From: an uncultured delta proteobacterium | Lineage (GTDB): Bacteria > Desulfobacterota > RBG-13-43-22 | Direction: 5' to 3' | DNA length: 64,000 nt | Assembly: GCA_963802945.1 (NCBI GenBank) | Contig: CAWDKY010000028.1 | Span: 32,001-96,000 of the forward strand | In this document: one piece after another, positions 1 to 10,276 of the stretch | How positions within the stretch are numbered: position 1 is the first letter of the stretch | Layout of the letters: every line of letters begins with the position of its first letter | The notes under the pieces: generated by a model | The model's input: the letters and a program-made list of their open reading frames with translations, nothing else | Databases searched by the model: none | Told to the model about the DNA's origin: nothing | Position numbers and translations under genes: made by a program

Positions 1-387
1 GAATTTATTCCCCTTCACAAAGGCTGCAACCGTCTGGAAAACGGACTGCAAACCACCAACAATCCGGACCTTGGTTTTCCATTATCTCTTTCCTGTGCCG
101 AGCAGATCCCCCTCTTTACCTATATGACCAAAATCAGAGATCGTCGATATGTCATAGTAGATGAAGAACTGGGACTGGTCTGGTGCATGGTCATGTTTGA
201 TGTACCGGGGACAGTCAAAACCGCTGAACTGCCGGGTTATGGTGTGATTGAACTGGCGGAACGTACCCAATATCCCCGGTCCATGCTCTTAGCTGAATTA
301 TTCAAAATCCGCAATGGGCTGATCCTTTACATTGAAGCGCTTCTAACCAGCGTTCCCTTGGGAACCAGGCCCGGATGGCCGGCATGA
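1..387 (+). CDS. Hypothetical protein, 5'-truncated by the window edge (possibly SnoaL/NTF2-like fold)
   Basis: Frame 1 is open from base 1 (EFIPLHKGCNRLENGLQTTNN...) into ORF 124..387. It ends 10 bp before the aminotransferase, so the two are probably co-transcribed. Confidence 0.55.
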   Translation, partial: EFIPLHKGCNRLENGLQTTNNPDLGFPLSLSCAEQIPLFTYMTKIRDRRYVIVDEELGLVWCMVMFDVPGTVKTAELPGYGVIELAERTQYPRSMLLAELFKIRNGLILYIEALLTSVPLGTRPGWPA

Positions 388-397
388 GAGGTTTTAG

Positions 398-1807
398 GTG
401 TCAGACGAAAAAATAGAAAAATTGATCGATGATCTGAATTATCCCGAAGCGCCAAAAATGATCACTGAATTTCCAGGCCCAAGGAGTAAAGCTGTTTTCG
501 ACGAGGGGATAGCCCTGGAATCCCCGCAGAGGGTGGCCGGTCTCTCCTATCCTATTGTGGTGGAGGAGGGACGGGGAGCGGGCTTAAAGGATCTGGATGG
601 GAATATCTTCATTGATGGGTGTTCCAGTATTGCGGTTTCCAGCGTCGGACACAATCATCCGCTGGTGGTCAAGGCCATTCAGGAGCAGGCTGCTAAATAT
701 GGTCATGGGTTTGATCTGACCAACCCGGTCAAGGTAAAACTGCTTAAGAAAATAATCGAAACCGCCCCGCCAGGCCTGAAGGGCAACTCTTTCGCTACCT
801 TGGCCATGAGTGGAACTGGGGCTGTTGAAGCCGGGGTTAAACAGGCCAAAATGATCTCCGGCAGAACTCAAATCTGCGCCTTTGAGGGCGCCTATCATGG
901 CGTGTTCGGAACGACCAACGCCATGACCACCGGGTCCAGGTATAGGGCCAGCTATGGGCCGCTGATGCCGGGTGTAGTCCATGTACCTTATCCTTATTGC
1001 TACCGTTGTTCGTTTAATCTTGAATATTCCCAATGCGGTCTTCAATGTGCGCAGTTTGTTGATTACCAGCTCAACACACCCTACACAGGCAAGGATGATG
1101 TTGCGGCCATCGTTGCTGAAGGGATACAGGGTGAAGGAGGCTATATTCCGCCGCCCAGGGAATGGTGGCCCATGATGAGGAAAATAGCCGACAAGAACGG
1201 TTGCCTGCTCATTGATGACGAAGTGCAGTCAGGTTTCGGGAAAAGCGGTACATTGTGGGCCATCGAACATTATGATTGTCAACCGGATATCCTGACATTT
1301 GGTAAGGCGGTCGGCGGAGATCAACCGGTTGCCGGTGCAATCACCAATAAAAAACATCTTGACCGAATAGTGCCTGGTTCTCAGCCTATAACTTTCACCA
1401 GCAATTCTATAAGCCTGGCCGCCTCATTGGCCAATTATGAGATTATGCTCGACCCGGAACTGAACCTCATGGCAAGGGCCACGGAATTAGGCCAGGAATT
1501 CCAGTCGATGATGAAGAGCGCCCAGAAGAAAAATGAAGTTATTGGTGATATCAGAGGGTTGGGCCTTCTGCAGGCCGTCGAGCTGGTCAAAAACCCTGAA
1601 ACCAGAGAGCCGATTCAAGGCCGGAAGCTGAATAATATTCTGATCAATCAAGTGGCCAGGCGCGGTCTATGGCTGGTCAGCGCCGGCCGATACAGTAATG
1701 TCATCAGATTTATGCCGCCTCTTACCATTTCCCGGAAACAGTTTATTAATTCAGTAGAGATCATTATCGATGTTTTGAATGACAACGTGGATGATCTGGT
1801 CAAATAA
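398..1807 (+). CDS. Class III PLP aminotransferase (4-aminobutyrate/omega-amino acid aminotransferase-like)
   Basis: Motifs DLDGNIFID, SGTGAVE, FEGAYHG, EGIQGEGG, DDEVQSGFG, DILTFGKAVGG (PLP Lys), RGLGL, NVIRFMPPL; RBS GAGAGG before GTG. Confidence 0.93.
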   Translation: MSDEKIEKLIDDLNYPEAPKMITEFPGPRSKAVFDEGIALESPQRVAGLSYPIVVEEGRGAGLKDLDGNIFIDGCSSIAVSSVGHNHPLVVKAIQEQAAKYGHGFDLTNPVKVKLLKKIIETAPPGLKGNSFATLAMSGTGAVEAGVKQAKMISGRTQICAFEGAYHGVFGTTNAMTTGSRYRASYGPLMPGVVHVPYPYCYRCSFNLEYSQCGLQCAQFVDYQLNTPYTGKDDVAAIVAEGIQGEGGYIPPPREWWPMMRKIADKNGCLLIDDEVQSGFGKSGTLWAIEHYDCQPDILTFGKAVGGDQPVAGAITNKKHLDRIVPGSQPITFTSNSISLAASLANYEIMLDPELNLMARATELGQEFQSMMKSAQKKNEVIGDIRGLGLLQAVELVKNPETREPIQGRKLNNILINQVARRGLWLVSAGRYSNVIRFMPPLTISRKQFINSVEIIIDVLNDNVDDLVK

Positions 1808-2027
1808 TAAAAAGTCCAACAATCAGCCCATTCTCCACTATTGACTTTGAAATTCTAAAATGAGTAATATGAGTTATCCAAAACGCCAACTTGAAAGTCT
1901 TTGTTTTAACCTGTACTGGAAATTTCCCCTGTTAAAGTGGGGAAGGGAATCTTCAACCATTGGAATCGGTTCTCAATTTTTGTGCTGCTTTAGTGGGTAG
2001 TTAACAATCATTAAAAGGAGGAATTAG

Positions 2028-3266
2028 ATGAAGAAGCTTATTTTCTTGAGTTTGGCGGTTTGCTTGATAAGTTTGTCTATCTTGGTCTCTACAGGGTTTG
2101 CTGCCGAGGAGGTGATTAAAATTGGGACCATTTTCTCAAGAACCGGCCCGCTGGCTAATCTGGGCTTGGAAAGCTGGCGGGGCGCAGAACTGGCTCGAAT
2201 TGTTCAGAATAAGCAGGGGGGGATTCTGGGGAAAAAAATTGTTTTTGTCAACGGGGATGCGGTTGATCCAAAAACGGCCGTCAGCGAGGTGGAGAGATTA
2301 TGTACGGTGGAAAACGTGTCGGTGATTGTCGGCTCTTTTTCCAGCTCGATCGCTTTGGCCGCCAGTGCAAAAGCCGACCAGCACAAGGTTGTTTACTGGG
2401 AACTGGGAGCCGTTGGAGATCAGGTCACCCAAAGGAAATTAAAATATGTGTTCCGGACTTGTCCTACAGGATCGGATCTAGGCCGCGATCAGCTCCGTTT
2501 TGCGGTTGATGTGTTGGCTTCAAAAATTGGAAAAACAAAAGCCTCCATTCGCATCGGCAGTATTTATGAAGACTCGGCCTATGGAACAGCCTGTGCCGAG
2601 GGCATAAGGGATATGGCTAAAAAAATGGGGGTGAGTCTGGTTATAGATCAATCCTACAATTTTAAAGCCAGCGACCTTTCTTCCCTGGTTATGCGGGTCA
2701 AAGCGACCAACCCGGATGTTATCCTGGAATCTTCCTATGAGAACGACGGAATTTTATTTTTTCGACAAGCCGAAGAGCTTGGTTTAAAGGTAAGGATTAT
2801 TGTCGGATCAGGGGGAGGCATGAATCTACCGGGGTACCAGAAGGCCTTAGGTAATGCCATAAATAATAAAGTATGCAATGTAGGATATCCTGGGTATAAT
2901 CTAAACCCGAAATACGCCAAAGGTATCGACATATTGGCCGATCTCTACGAGAAAACCTTCAGTCTCAAACCGGAAGCCGTCTTTTCGGTTATCAACTATA
3001 TGGGAGCCATGGCCTTGTGGGATGTCATCAAACGCGCCGGATCAATGGATTCGGAAAAAATCGTCAATGCGGCCATCAAAACAGATATCTCCGGAGATAA
3101 AACCCTTCTTCAATACGGCATAAAATTCTATCCTCCGGGGAACGAAAATATGGGACAGAATATGTTGGCCCGTTATTTTGTTACTCAATGGCAAAACGGG
3201 GAACTGGTCATCGTTTATCCGGCCGAAGCATCCTCTCCCGGGAAGAATTTAGTGATTCCCAAATAA
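2028..3266 (+). CDS. Liv-type (HAAT) ABC transporter substrate-binding protein
   Basis: Signal peptide, IKIG..SRTGPLA, GGILGKKI, YVFRT motifs; RBS AGGAGG. Confidence 0.92.
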   Translation: MKKLIFLSLAVCLISLSILVSTGFAAEEVIKIGTIFSRTGPLANLGLESWRGAELARIVQNKQGGILGKKIVFVNGDAVDPKTAVSEVERLCTVENVSVIVGSFSSSIALAASAKADQHKVVYWELGAVGDQVTQRKLKYVFRTCPTGSDLGRDQLRFAVDVLASKIGKTKASIRIGSIYEDSAYGTACAEGIRDMAKKMGVSLVIDQSYNFKASDLSSLVMRVKATNPDVILESSYENDGILFFRQAEELGLKVRIIVGSGGGMNLPGYQKALGNAINNKVCNVGYPGYNLNPKYAKGIDILADLYEKTFSLKPEAVFSVINYMGAMALWDVIKRAGSMDSEKIVNAAIKTDISGDKTLLQYGIKFYPPGNENMGQNMLARYFVTQWQNGELVIVYPAEASSPGKNLVIPK

Positions 3267-3449
3267 AACCTTCGAATGGTCTTGGCACATAATTGGGGCT
3301 ATCGGTTCTGCGTTTGGCCGGATAGCCCCAAAGATTTCGACAGAGAACGCACTCCTCCATCATAGTCTGTCCAAGGCAGATTACAGGGAGCTCCAAACCA
3401 ACGGTCCTAAGCTGGCATGATTTAATCTTCTCGGGAGGGATTTATCCAG

Positions 3450-4331
3450 ATGATTCTACTGCAGCTCATTGTGAACGGTTTACTTCTTGGGGGTATTTAT
3501 GCGTTGATCAGCATCGGCTTGACCCTGATCTTCGGAGTGGTCAGAGTGATCAATTTTGCTCACGGCGAATTTCTGATGCTGTCTATGTATATCACCTATT
3601 TCAGTTACACTTTCTTGGGGCTGAATCCCTACCTCTCCCTTTTGATTGGCATCCCCCTGATGTTCTTGGCCGGAATGGCCATCGACCAGCTCATCATCAG
3701 GCCTCTCCGCGACGCCCCAGCCTACATGCAGGTTTTTGCAACCGTAGGTCTGTCGATTGTTCTTTTAAATCTGGCCCTGTTTCTGTTCACCGGTGACTAC
3801 CAGAGCATCCATATGGCCTTTGCCGAGAAAATCTTCCGTTTAGGGAGCCTTTCTTTATCCTATGCCAAGCTGGTTATCTTCTTTTCTGCCATTCTGGTTT
3901 CGGTAGGTCTATTTCTATTGTTGAAATATACGAATATCGGCAAACAGATTCGGGCCATTGCTCAAGACAGGATGGCTGCCAAGCTGATGGGCATCAACCT
4001 GAACCGGATTTATATGCTAACTTTCGGTATCGGGACCGCCCTGGTCGGGATCGCCGGTGGCCTGATCCTTCCTGTCTATTATGTTTTTCCCTCCGTAGGA
4101 GTCTATTTTGTTTTGACCGCCTTTGTCGTTGTTGTACTGGGAGGTATGGGTAATATGGTCGGGGCCCTTCTGGGGGGATTCATCATCGGTATTACTGATT
4201 CCTTAAGCGGGTATTATATTGACCCTTCTTTGAAAGAGGTCGTATCCTTCATCATTTTTCTTGTCGTTCTTCTTATTCGGCCTTCAGGTTTGATGGGTAT
4301 TGTGGGTTCAGAAGAAATGGGGATGAAGTAA
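3450..4331 (+). CDS. livH: Branched-chain amino acid ABC permease, LivH-type
   Basis: GLTLIFGVVRVINFAHGEF, G..IRAIAQD..AA.LMGIN and RPSGLMG signatures. Confidence 0.93.
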   Translation: MILLQLIVNGLLLGGIYALISIGLTLIFGVVRVINFAHGEFLMLSMYITYFSYTFLGLNPYLSLLIGIPLMFLAGMAIDQLIIRPLRDAPAYMQVFATVGLSIVLLNLALFLFTGDYQSIHMAFAEKIFRLGSLSLSYAKLVIFFSAILVSVGLFLLLKYTNIGKQIRAIAQDRMAAKLMGINLNRIYMLTFGIGTALVGIAGGLILPVYYVFPSVGVYFVLTAFVVVVLGGMGNMVGALLGGFIIGITDSLSGYYIDPSLKEVVSFIIFLVVLLIRPSGLMGIVGSEEMGMK

Positions 4332-6145
4332 TGGTTGCAGACAAACTCAGAGGGGCGGGGGAACCAAGAATATATGTCCTGGTTATCACCTTGGCCTTCA
4401 TTTTTCTATTGATTCTTTTGACCAAGAATGCCTTCTATTTGAACCTGTACTTCATGGTTTTCATGTTTGCGGGAATGTCGAGCGCCTGGAATATTATCGG
4501 CGGTTTTGGAGGGCAGCTTTCTCTCGGACATAGTGCTTTTTCCGGGATCGGCGCTTATGTTTGCAGCCTCCTGTTCGTAAAATACGGAATACCTCCATTG
4601 CTGGGTCTGATAGCCAGCATCGGGGCTTCCATCGTACTGGCGGTCATTATTGGATACCCTTGTTTTCGACTGAAGGGCCCGTTCTTCACTCTGGCCACCA
4701 TCGCAGTCGGTGAGGTGATGCTGCTGTTGGCAGTTTATTTCAGAGGGTTGACCGCAGGCTCCGAAGGTCTATCCATTCCGTTTAAACCATCTTTCTTTAA
4801 TCTCAGCTTCGAGTCCAAGACTCCTTACGCCCTGGTGGCCTTTTGGTTTATGCTTTTTGCCCTGGCTCTTTCAACCTCGATTAAGAGAAACCGTTTGGGT
4901 TTTCAGCTTGTGGCCTTACGTGATGAGGATCAGGCCGCCGAATCTTTAGGCGTGAACACCAACCAAGCGAAAATGGTCGGTTTGATGGTCAGCGGTGGGT
5001 TGACCGCGTTAGGGGGAGCCATCTTTGCCCAGTATGTTCTTTTTCTCGAGCCCCATTCGGAATTCTCCATCAATGTTTCCATAAACCTTGCTTTGACCTC
5101 AATGGTAGGTGGCCTGGGCACGGTCATCGGTCCGGCCATCGGCTCATTCCTGCTTATACCGCTCCAGGAATTTCTCAGAGTTTGGATAGGCAGTTCATTT
5201 CAAGGTCTTTACTTTGTCATTTATGGTGCCCTGCTCATCCTGGTGGTGATGTTTATGCCCAGAGGCATCATCGAGTTTTTCTCCGGACCGTACCAGTCGC
5301 TTCTGTCAAGGCTCCCGGTTTTTGGGGGTCGAAGAGAAGACGATGAAAAAATCAGGCGAACACTTTTGTCCTCTTTGCGCTTCGGCAGAGAGGACACCAA
5401 TCGCCGATCGGAAGCACCTTCCATCATAGGAGTAGAAAATATTTCCAAAAGATTCGGCGGCCTGGCAGCGATAACCGATCTCAGTTTTTCCGTGGGGGTC
5501 GGCGAGATTTTTGGAATCATCGGACCGAACGGCGCCGGGAAGAGTACTTTGTTCAATGTTCTTTCCAGTGTTTACAGGCAGGATTCGGGCTTTGTCAAGT
5601 TCCAAGGAAAAGACATATCGAATATCAATAATTCTCATTTGATATGCAGGCTTGGAATCGGGAGGACCTTCCAAATAGTCAAACCATTTGATAACATCAC
5701 CGTCCTTGAAAATGTCATGGTCGGTGCTTTCTGTCGTCACACTAAAAACCGTGAGGCGTCCAATGTGGCTCTCGAGGTTCTTGATTTTATGGGAATGTTG
5801 GACAAGAAAGATTCTCTCGGACATACCCTGACCCTGGCCGATAAGAAAAGGCTGGAATTGGCGCGGGCCTTGGCCACGGGACCCGAAGTTTTGTTATTGG
5901 ATGAGGTCATGGCCGGGCTTAATTCCACTGAAATCGGAGAAGCCACTGAGCTGATAAAAAAAATCAGAGACCACGGACTGACCGTGTTGGTCGTAGAACA
6001 TGTGATGCAGGCCATCATGTCTCTTTCGGACAGAGTGATGGTGCTTGCCGAAGGCAAAAAAATTATAGAAGGGTCTCCCCAGGAAGTGATTCAAGATCAA
6101 CGAGTGATCAAGGCTTATCTCGGGAAAGACTATGAACTTACTTAA
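4331..6145 (+). CDS. Fused LivM permease / LivG ATPase
   Basis: N-terminal GQLSLGH..F.GIGAY, FFTLATIA and GGLGT..GP; C-terminal Walker A GPNGAGKST, RTFQ, LLDE and VEH. Confidence 0.92.
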   Translation: MVADKLRGAGEPRIYVLVITLAFIFLLILLTKNAFYLNLYFMVFMFAGMSSAWNIIGGFGGQLSLGHSAFSGIGAYVCSLLFVKYGIPPLLGLIASIGASIVLAVIIGYPCFRLKGPFFTLATIAVGEVMLLLAVYFRGLTAGSEGLSIPFKPSFFNLSFESKTPYALVAFWFMLFALALSTSIKRNRLGFQLVALRDEDQAAESLGVNTNQAKMVGLMVSGGLTALGGAIFAQYVLFLEPHSEFSINVSINLALTSMVGGLGTVIGPAIGSFLLIPLQEFLRVWIGSSFQGLYFVIYGALLILVVMFMPRGIIEFFSGPYQSLLSRLPVFGGRREDDEKIRRTLLSSLRFGREDTNRRSEAPSIIGVENISKRFGGLAAITDLSFSVGVGEIFGIIGPNGAGKSTLFNVLSSVYRQDSGFVKFQGKDISNINNSHLICRLGIGRTFQIVKPFDNITVLENVMVGAFCRHTKNREASNVALEVLDFMGMLDKKDSLGHTLTLADKKRLELARALATGPEVLLLDEVMAGLNSTEIGEATELIKKIRDHGLTVLVVEHVMQAIMSLSDRVMVLAEGKKIIEGSPQEVIQDQRVIKAYLGKDYELT

Positions 6146-6842
6146 TCTGGAAAATGTAAGTGTACGGTATGGGGATGTGGAAGTCATAAGGGATCTCTCC
6201 TTATCCGTGGAAGAAGGATCCATCACCAGTCTGGTCGGTTCGAATGGTTCGGGAAAGTCAAGCCTTCTTCAAGCGGTTTCAGGGATCCTTACCAGCAGCC
6301 AAGGAACAATTTATTTCGAAGGAAAGAACATCACCGGCCTGCCGTCCCATCAGCGTGTCGAGCTGGGTCTTGTCCAGGTTCCTGAAGGCCGGCATGTCTT
6401 TCCTTATATGAGTGTCATGGAAAATCTCGACATGGGTTCCATACTTCCGAAGGCGCGGGCCAAGCGCAAAAAAAACCTGACCAAAGTATTTGACCTCTTC
6501 CCCAGGTTATCTGAAAGGTCTAAGCAGATAGCCAGGACCTTAAGCGGAGGGGAACAACAGATGCTGGCTGTGGGCCGGGCCCTAATGGCGGATCCAAGGC
6601 TTTTGATGCTGGATGAGCCTTCTTTGGGTCTGGCCCCTCTCGTTGTTACGGAAATTTTTGCTGTTTTAGCCAAGATTAATGCCTTAGGGGTGACGATTCT
6701 GGTGGTAGAACAGGACGTGAAAGCCTCTCTATCACTGAGTAGTTGGGGTTATGTTTTGGAGAACGGTCGCATCGTCCTGTCGGGTGATGCCAAAGACATA
6801 TTAAAAAGCGACCGGGTCAGAAAGGCTTACTTGGGTTTGTAG
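6132..6842 (+). CDS. livF: ABC ATPase, LivF-type
   Basis: GSNGSGKS, VPEGRHVF, LSGGEQQML, LDEPSLGLAP. Confidence 0.94.
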   Translation: MNLLNLENVSVRYGDVEVIRDLSLSVEEGSITSLVGSNGSGKSSLLQAVSGILTSSQGTIYFEGKNITGLPSHQRVELGLVQVPEGRHVFPYMSVMENLDMGSILPKARAKRKKNLTKVFDLFPRLSERSKQIARTLSGGEQQMLAVGRALMADPRLLMLDEPSLGLAPLVVTEIFAVLAKINALGVTILVVEQDVKASLSLSSWGYVLENGRIVLSGDAKDILKSDRVRKAYLGL

Positions 6843-6925
6843 AACACCCAGACAGATATGACCATGCCGGGGATGAAATATATGTATTTTTCAGTGGATC
6901 AAAAAGTTTTTGAAAAGGAATCAAG

Positions 6926-8503
6926 ATGCAGAATGAACCAAAGACTATTTTAGATGCCTTTAATAGAAATTTGGAAGCCTTTTCCGACCGGGAGGCTTTG
7001 TATGCCGTCAATTATCGTTCCGGACTCTGGGAAAGGCTCACCTGGCGGGAAATAGAGGAAATCATGGAGCGCTTGGCCAAAGGTCTGGCCGATCTCGGTG
7101 TCAGGAAAGGTCAGAAGCTGGCCTTTATGAATGCTTCTTATTTGGAAAATGTCTGCTTCTATCTGGCTGTCCGTAAGGTTGGTGCGATTTTTATACCGGT
7201 CAACGTTCGCCTGGTCGCCCGCGAGGTGGAGTACATCGTGATCAACAGCGATACGGAATATCTTGTTTACGGTTACGAGTACGAAACCTTGGTAGACCAG
7301 ATAAGGAGGAAGGTCCCACAGCTTAAAAAAATAATATGTATTGAACAAGAAAAACAATCTGTTCCGGGGTGGGCTGTTCCTTACGGGCAGCTCCTGAAAA
7401 GCCGCGGTTCTGCTCCCGATGTGAAAATTAAACCGGAAGATGATGCGGATATTATTTATACCAGCGGAACCACCGGACGCCCGAAAGGTGTGGTCTTAAC
7501 CGAGGCCAATAAACTGGCTTGTGGCCGGTTGCACGGCAACGCTTGGGGGTTTCATCGGTTGCATTACGGATATATGAAACACCAAACCCCATTTCCTTTT
7601 TTTACCTCGACGGGTGTAAGCTCCCATATCATGACCTGGCTCTGGTATGGTTATTATCTTATCTGGGAACCAGTATTTGATACGGTGCAATCCATGAGAC
7701 TGATTCAGCAGGAAAAGACGACTTCCATCTGCCTGGCCCCGACGATGATCATCTTTATTATGCAGCATCCGCAGTTCAAGGAATTTGACATGTCCAGTCT
7801 CAGAATTATGTCTTACGGCGGTTCGGCCATGCCCGAAGAGGTCATCCGCCAGGCCCTGGAGGCTTGGCCCGGCCTGAAACTGGTTAATATTTACGGGTTG
7901 ACCGAAGGAGGGGTCGGAGGTACCCGGCTCGGTCCCGAGGATCACCTGGCAAAAATCGGATCCATCGGCCTCCCTTGGGCTCCGGATATGGAAGGGCGCA
8001 TTGTCGATGATCAAGACAGGGATGTGGGCGTCAGGGAGGTCGGCGAACTGGTTTTGCGTGGTCCCAACGTCATGAAGGCCTATTATAAAAATCCCGAAGC
8101 GACCGAAGAAACCTTTAAAAATGGATGGCTCCATACGGGCGATCTTACCTATTACGACGAAGATGGGTACTTTTATTATGTGGACCGCAAGAAGGATATG
8201 CTGGTGCGGGGAGGATATAACGTCTATTCCGTTGAAGTGGAAAGTGTTCTTTATGAACATCCCGCAGTCGGGCAGTGTTGCGTCGTCGGCAAACCGCACC
8301 CGAAACTCGGTGAGGATGTGGCCGCTTTTATCGTACTCCGTGAGGGTCTGTCGGCAACAGCCGAGGAATTGATGGAATTCTGCCGGGATAAACTGGCCGA
8401 CTTTAAACGCCCTCGAGATATAAAATTTTTGGACGCCCTTCCGGTCACAGCCGTGGGCAAAGTGGATAAAAAAGAAATCCGATCCAGGTATTTCGGGAAA
8501 TAA
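6926..8503 (+). CDS. AMP-forming acyl-CoA ligase (class I adenylate-forming enzyme)
   Basis: YTSGTTGRPKG, YGLTEG, GWLHTGD, DRKKDM..RGG.NVY..EVE, LP.TAVGKV. Confidence 0.94.
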   Translation: MQNEPKTILDAFNRNLEAFSDREALYAVNYRSGLWERLTWREIEEIMERLAKGLADLGVRKGQKLAFMNASYLENVCFYLAVRKVGAIFIPVNVRLVAREVEYIVINSDTEYLVYGYEYETLVDQIRRKVPQLKKIICIEQEKQSVPGWAVPYGQLLKSRGSAPDVKIKPEDDADIIYTSGTTGRPKGVVLTEANKLACGRLHGNAWGFHRLHYGYMKHQTPFPFFTSTGVSSHIMTWLWYGYYLIWEPVFDTVQSMRLIQQEKTTSICLAPTMIIFIMQHPQFKEFDMSSLRIMSYGGSAMPEEVIRQALEAWPGLKLVNIYGLTEGGVGGTRLGPEDHLAKIGSIGLPWAPDMEGRIVDDQDRDVGVREVGELVLRGPNVMKAYYKNPEATEETFKNGWLHTGDLTYYDEDGYFYYVDRKKDMLVRGGYNVYSVEVESVLYEHPAVGQCCVVGKPHPKLGEDVAAFIVLREGLSATAEELMEFCRDKLADFKRPRDIKFLDALPVTAVGKVDKKEIRSRYFGK

Positions 8504-8581
8504 TGAAGGTCTAACGTCCCTTTGATAGTAAGTTTCCATCCAGAAACGCCCCTGAAATTTTAGCTTGATTTTCCCTGAATA

Positions 8582-8617
8582 TTGACCTATATTTAGACCC
8601 ATAAATATGTCTAAATA
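8582..8617 (+). promoter_or_regulatory. Promoter of the toxin-antitoxin operon with a palindromic operator
   Basis: -35-like TTGACC at 8582; perfect inverted repeat TATTTAGAC (8590-8598) / GTCTAAATA (8609-8617) spanning the -10 region just before the RBS. Typical of TA autorepression. Confidence 0.65.
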
Positions 8618-8629
8618 AGGAGCCGGCTC

Positions 8630-8914
8630 ATGAAAAACATTTCAATTGCCAACGATATTGTTCCCATTGGCGAATTTAAGACAAGTATCTCTAAGTGGTT
8701 TAACAATCTCCAAAATACCGGACATTCCCTGATTATCACCCAAAATGGAAAACCTGCCGGGGTGTTATTGTCGCCCCAGGACTATGACGAATTGGTTTAT
8801 CGAAAATCTTTTCTGGATTCTGTCGTCAGAGGGATATCGGATGCCGAAAGCGGTCGAACTTATCGTGCTGAAGAGATCAGGGAGGCCTTAACGTCAAGAA
8901 GAAACAAGGGATAA
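8630..8914 (+). CDS. Phd/YefM family antitoxin
   Basis: IGEFK ... LIITQNGKPAGVLLS..DY motif; upstream of a RelE/ParE-like gene. Confidence 0.9.
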   Translation: MKNISIANDIVPIGEFKTSISKWFNNLQNTGHSLIITQNGKPAGVLLSPQDYDELVYRKSFLDSVVRGISDAESGRTYRAEEIREALTSRRNKG

Positions 8915-8919
8915 CCTCG

Positions 8920-9219
8920 ATGAAAATAAGATGGACTCATGAAGCCCTTGAGCGATTAATGGAGATTGAAGCTTTTATATCAACAGACAGTCCGGAACGA
9001 GCAATAAAGTTTGTCGATGAAATCATAGAACATGCGGAAAAAACGTTGCCTGACCAAACTCGTTTAGGGAGAGTTGTGCCCGAAATTTCCAATCCCAACA
9101 TAAGGGAACTCATATTCAAAAAATATCGGATTGTGTACAGACTGAATAAAAGCAATGTTGAAATACTGACCGTTTTTGAAGGGCATAGGTTGTTGCGGAT
9201 TGATGAAATTGATCTATAG
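8920..9219 (+). CDS. RelE/ParE family type II toxin
   Basis: KIRWT..AL..L..I..FI..DSP..A ... GRVVPE....IREL...YRIVY.....EILTV. Confidence 0.9.
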   Translation: MKIRWTHEALERLMEIEAFISTDSPERAIKFVDEIIEHAEKTLPDQTRLGRVVPEISNPNIRELIFKKYRIVYRLNKSNVEILTVFEGHRLLRIDEIDL

Positions 9220-9573
9220 GACTATCTATTTTTTTATTTTATGAAATTTCCGGAAAGTCTAATTTTGCTAATAATGGATCGGGCCACGACAACAAATGAA
9301 TGTTTTTTTACATTTCGTAAAAAGAGGGGTTTAAATGAGGCCTATTTTGCCCTTTTTTAAGCCAAAAGCCGATGTTTAAGAATTCAAAAGGAAATCTTTT
9401 TGGGGTCAAAACCCGGGTATAGGGGCTGAAAACGTCTATTTCTGGGATACTAACGTTGAGTAATCAATGCCTTAATGTGGCCACCTACGTCCCCGTTCGC
9501 TCATTTGTTCTTATTAACAAATTTATTGCTTCACCAGTGCAATCGATAAGCATTCACTAAGTATCTTGTCTTC

Positions 9574-10170
9574 TCAGGCGCTATGTTCGACATCGTCGCG
9601 GTATTTCCCATGCTTAAAAGCCTCATACCAAATCGATCTCATTTTAGGAGATGATAGATTAAGTTCATTTAGGACTTCCATAGTAAAATCTACGGACCCT
9701 AATCCGCTAGCGGTAATAACACGCTGATCTCTGACGGATAATGAATCGACATAATTGTCGTGCTCAGAATATTCGGGGACTATTTTTGACATATACTTTA
9801 TAGAATTGCTTGTATGCTTTCTTCCTCGCAGGATTCCAGCTTTTGCGAGAACCGTTGTTGCCGAACAAATAGCAGCAATTGGTATTTTTTCCTTTTCTAG
9901 ACGATTCAAGAATTGACCGATTTCTGCCTGGGGGTAGGAGCCTTCCCACATATAACCGCCCGGTAGTATAAAAATAAGGACATCATCAAGGTTTACCTGC
10001 GATAGGATTGTATCCGGCTTTACACATAACCCGCCCATTGAAACGACGGCTTTCTCGGAAAAGCCTACAGGAACAACCTTAATTCTTCCAAAACGCCGGA
10101 GTTCAGCAAGGACGTTTCCAAGCTCCCAGTCAGCATACCCGTCAAACAACAGTGTATAAGCTTTCTTCAT
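9574..10170 (-). CDS. DJ-1/PfpI family protein (probable integron cassette)
   Basis: DGYADWE, SMGGL.V.PD, ILPGG, AAICSA nucleophile elbow, ITASG. Ends with an R''-like GTCGAAC matching the upstream R' GTTCGAT. Confidence 0.88.
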   Translation of the reverse strand: MKKAYTLLFDGYADWELGNVLAELRRFGRIKVVPVGFSEKAVVSMGGLCVKPDTILSQVNLDDVLIFILPGGYMWEGSYPQAEIGQFLNRLEKEKIPIAAICSATTVLAKAGILRGRKHTSNSIKYMSKIVPEYSEHDNYVDSLSVRDQRVITASGLGSVDFTMEVLNELNLSSPKMRSIWYEAFKHGKYRDDVEHSA

Positions 10171-10197
10171 TTTCTTTATCCTTCCTCATTATCAAGA

Positions 10198-10240
10198 ATC
10201 GAACACTAGGCATCAGCAAGAGGCCTATTTATGGCCCATT
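10198..10240 (-). other. Degenerate attC, right half only
   Basis: Minus strand reads GCTGATGCCTAGTGTTCGAT, nearly the same as the L'-R' half (GCTGATGCCTGCCGTTATGC) of the intact attC at 10711-10771. The left half is not recognisable. Confidence 0.5.
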
Positions 10241-10276
10241 CGTTTTTACTTTTTATACCTTTGCTCAAACTATTAG

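Noticed and set aside
3283-3300. Sigma-54 promoter TGGCAC-N5-TGGG
   Set aside because: The -12 TTGC element is absent, and the site lies within an operon next to a post-binding-protein hairpin.
4331-6145. LivM-LivG fusion as a novelty
   Set aside because: Permease-ATPase fusions are well known in HAAT transporters.
7496-8602. 368-aa antisense ORF (also 17707..18789, 37037..37780 and other shadow ORFs)
   Set aside because: They overlap well-supported genes on the opposite strand and show no family motifs.
9220-9570. Possible IS end remnant between the TA toxin and DJ-1 genes
   Set aside because: No partner inverted repeat or transposase fragment could be identified.
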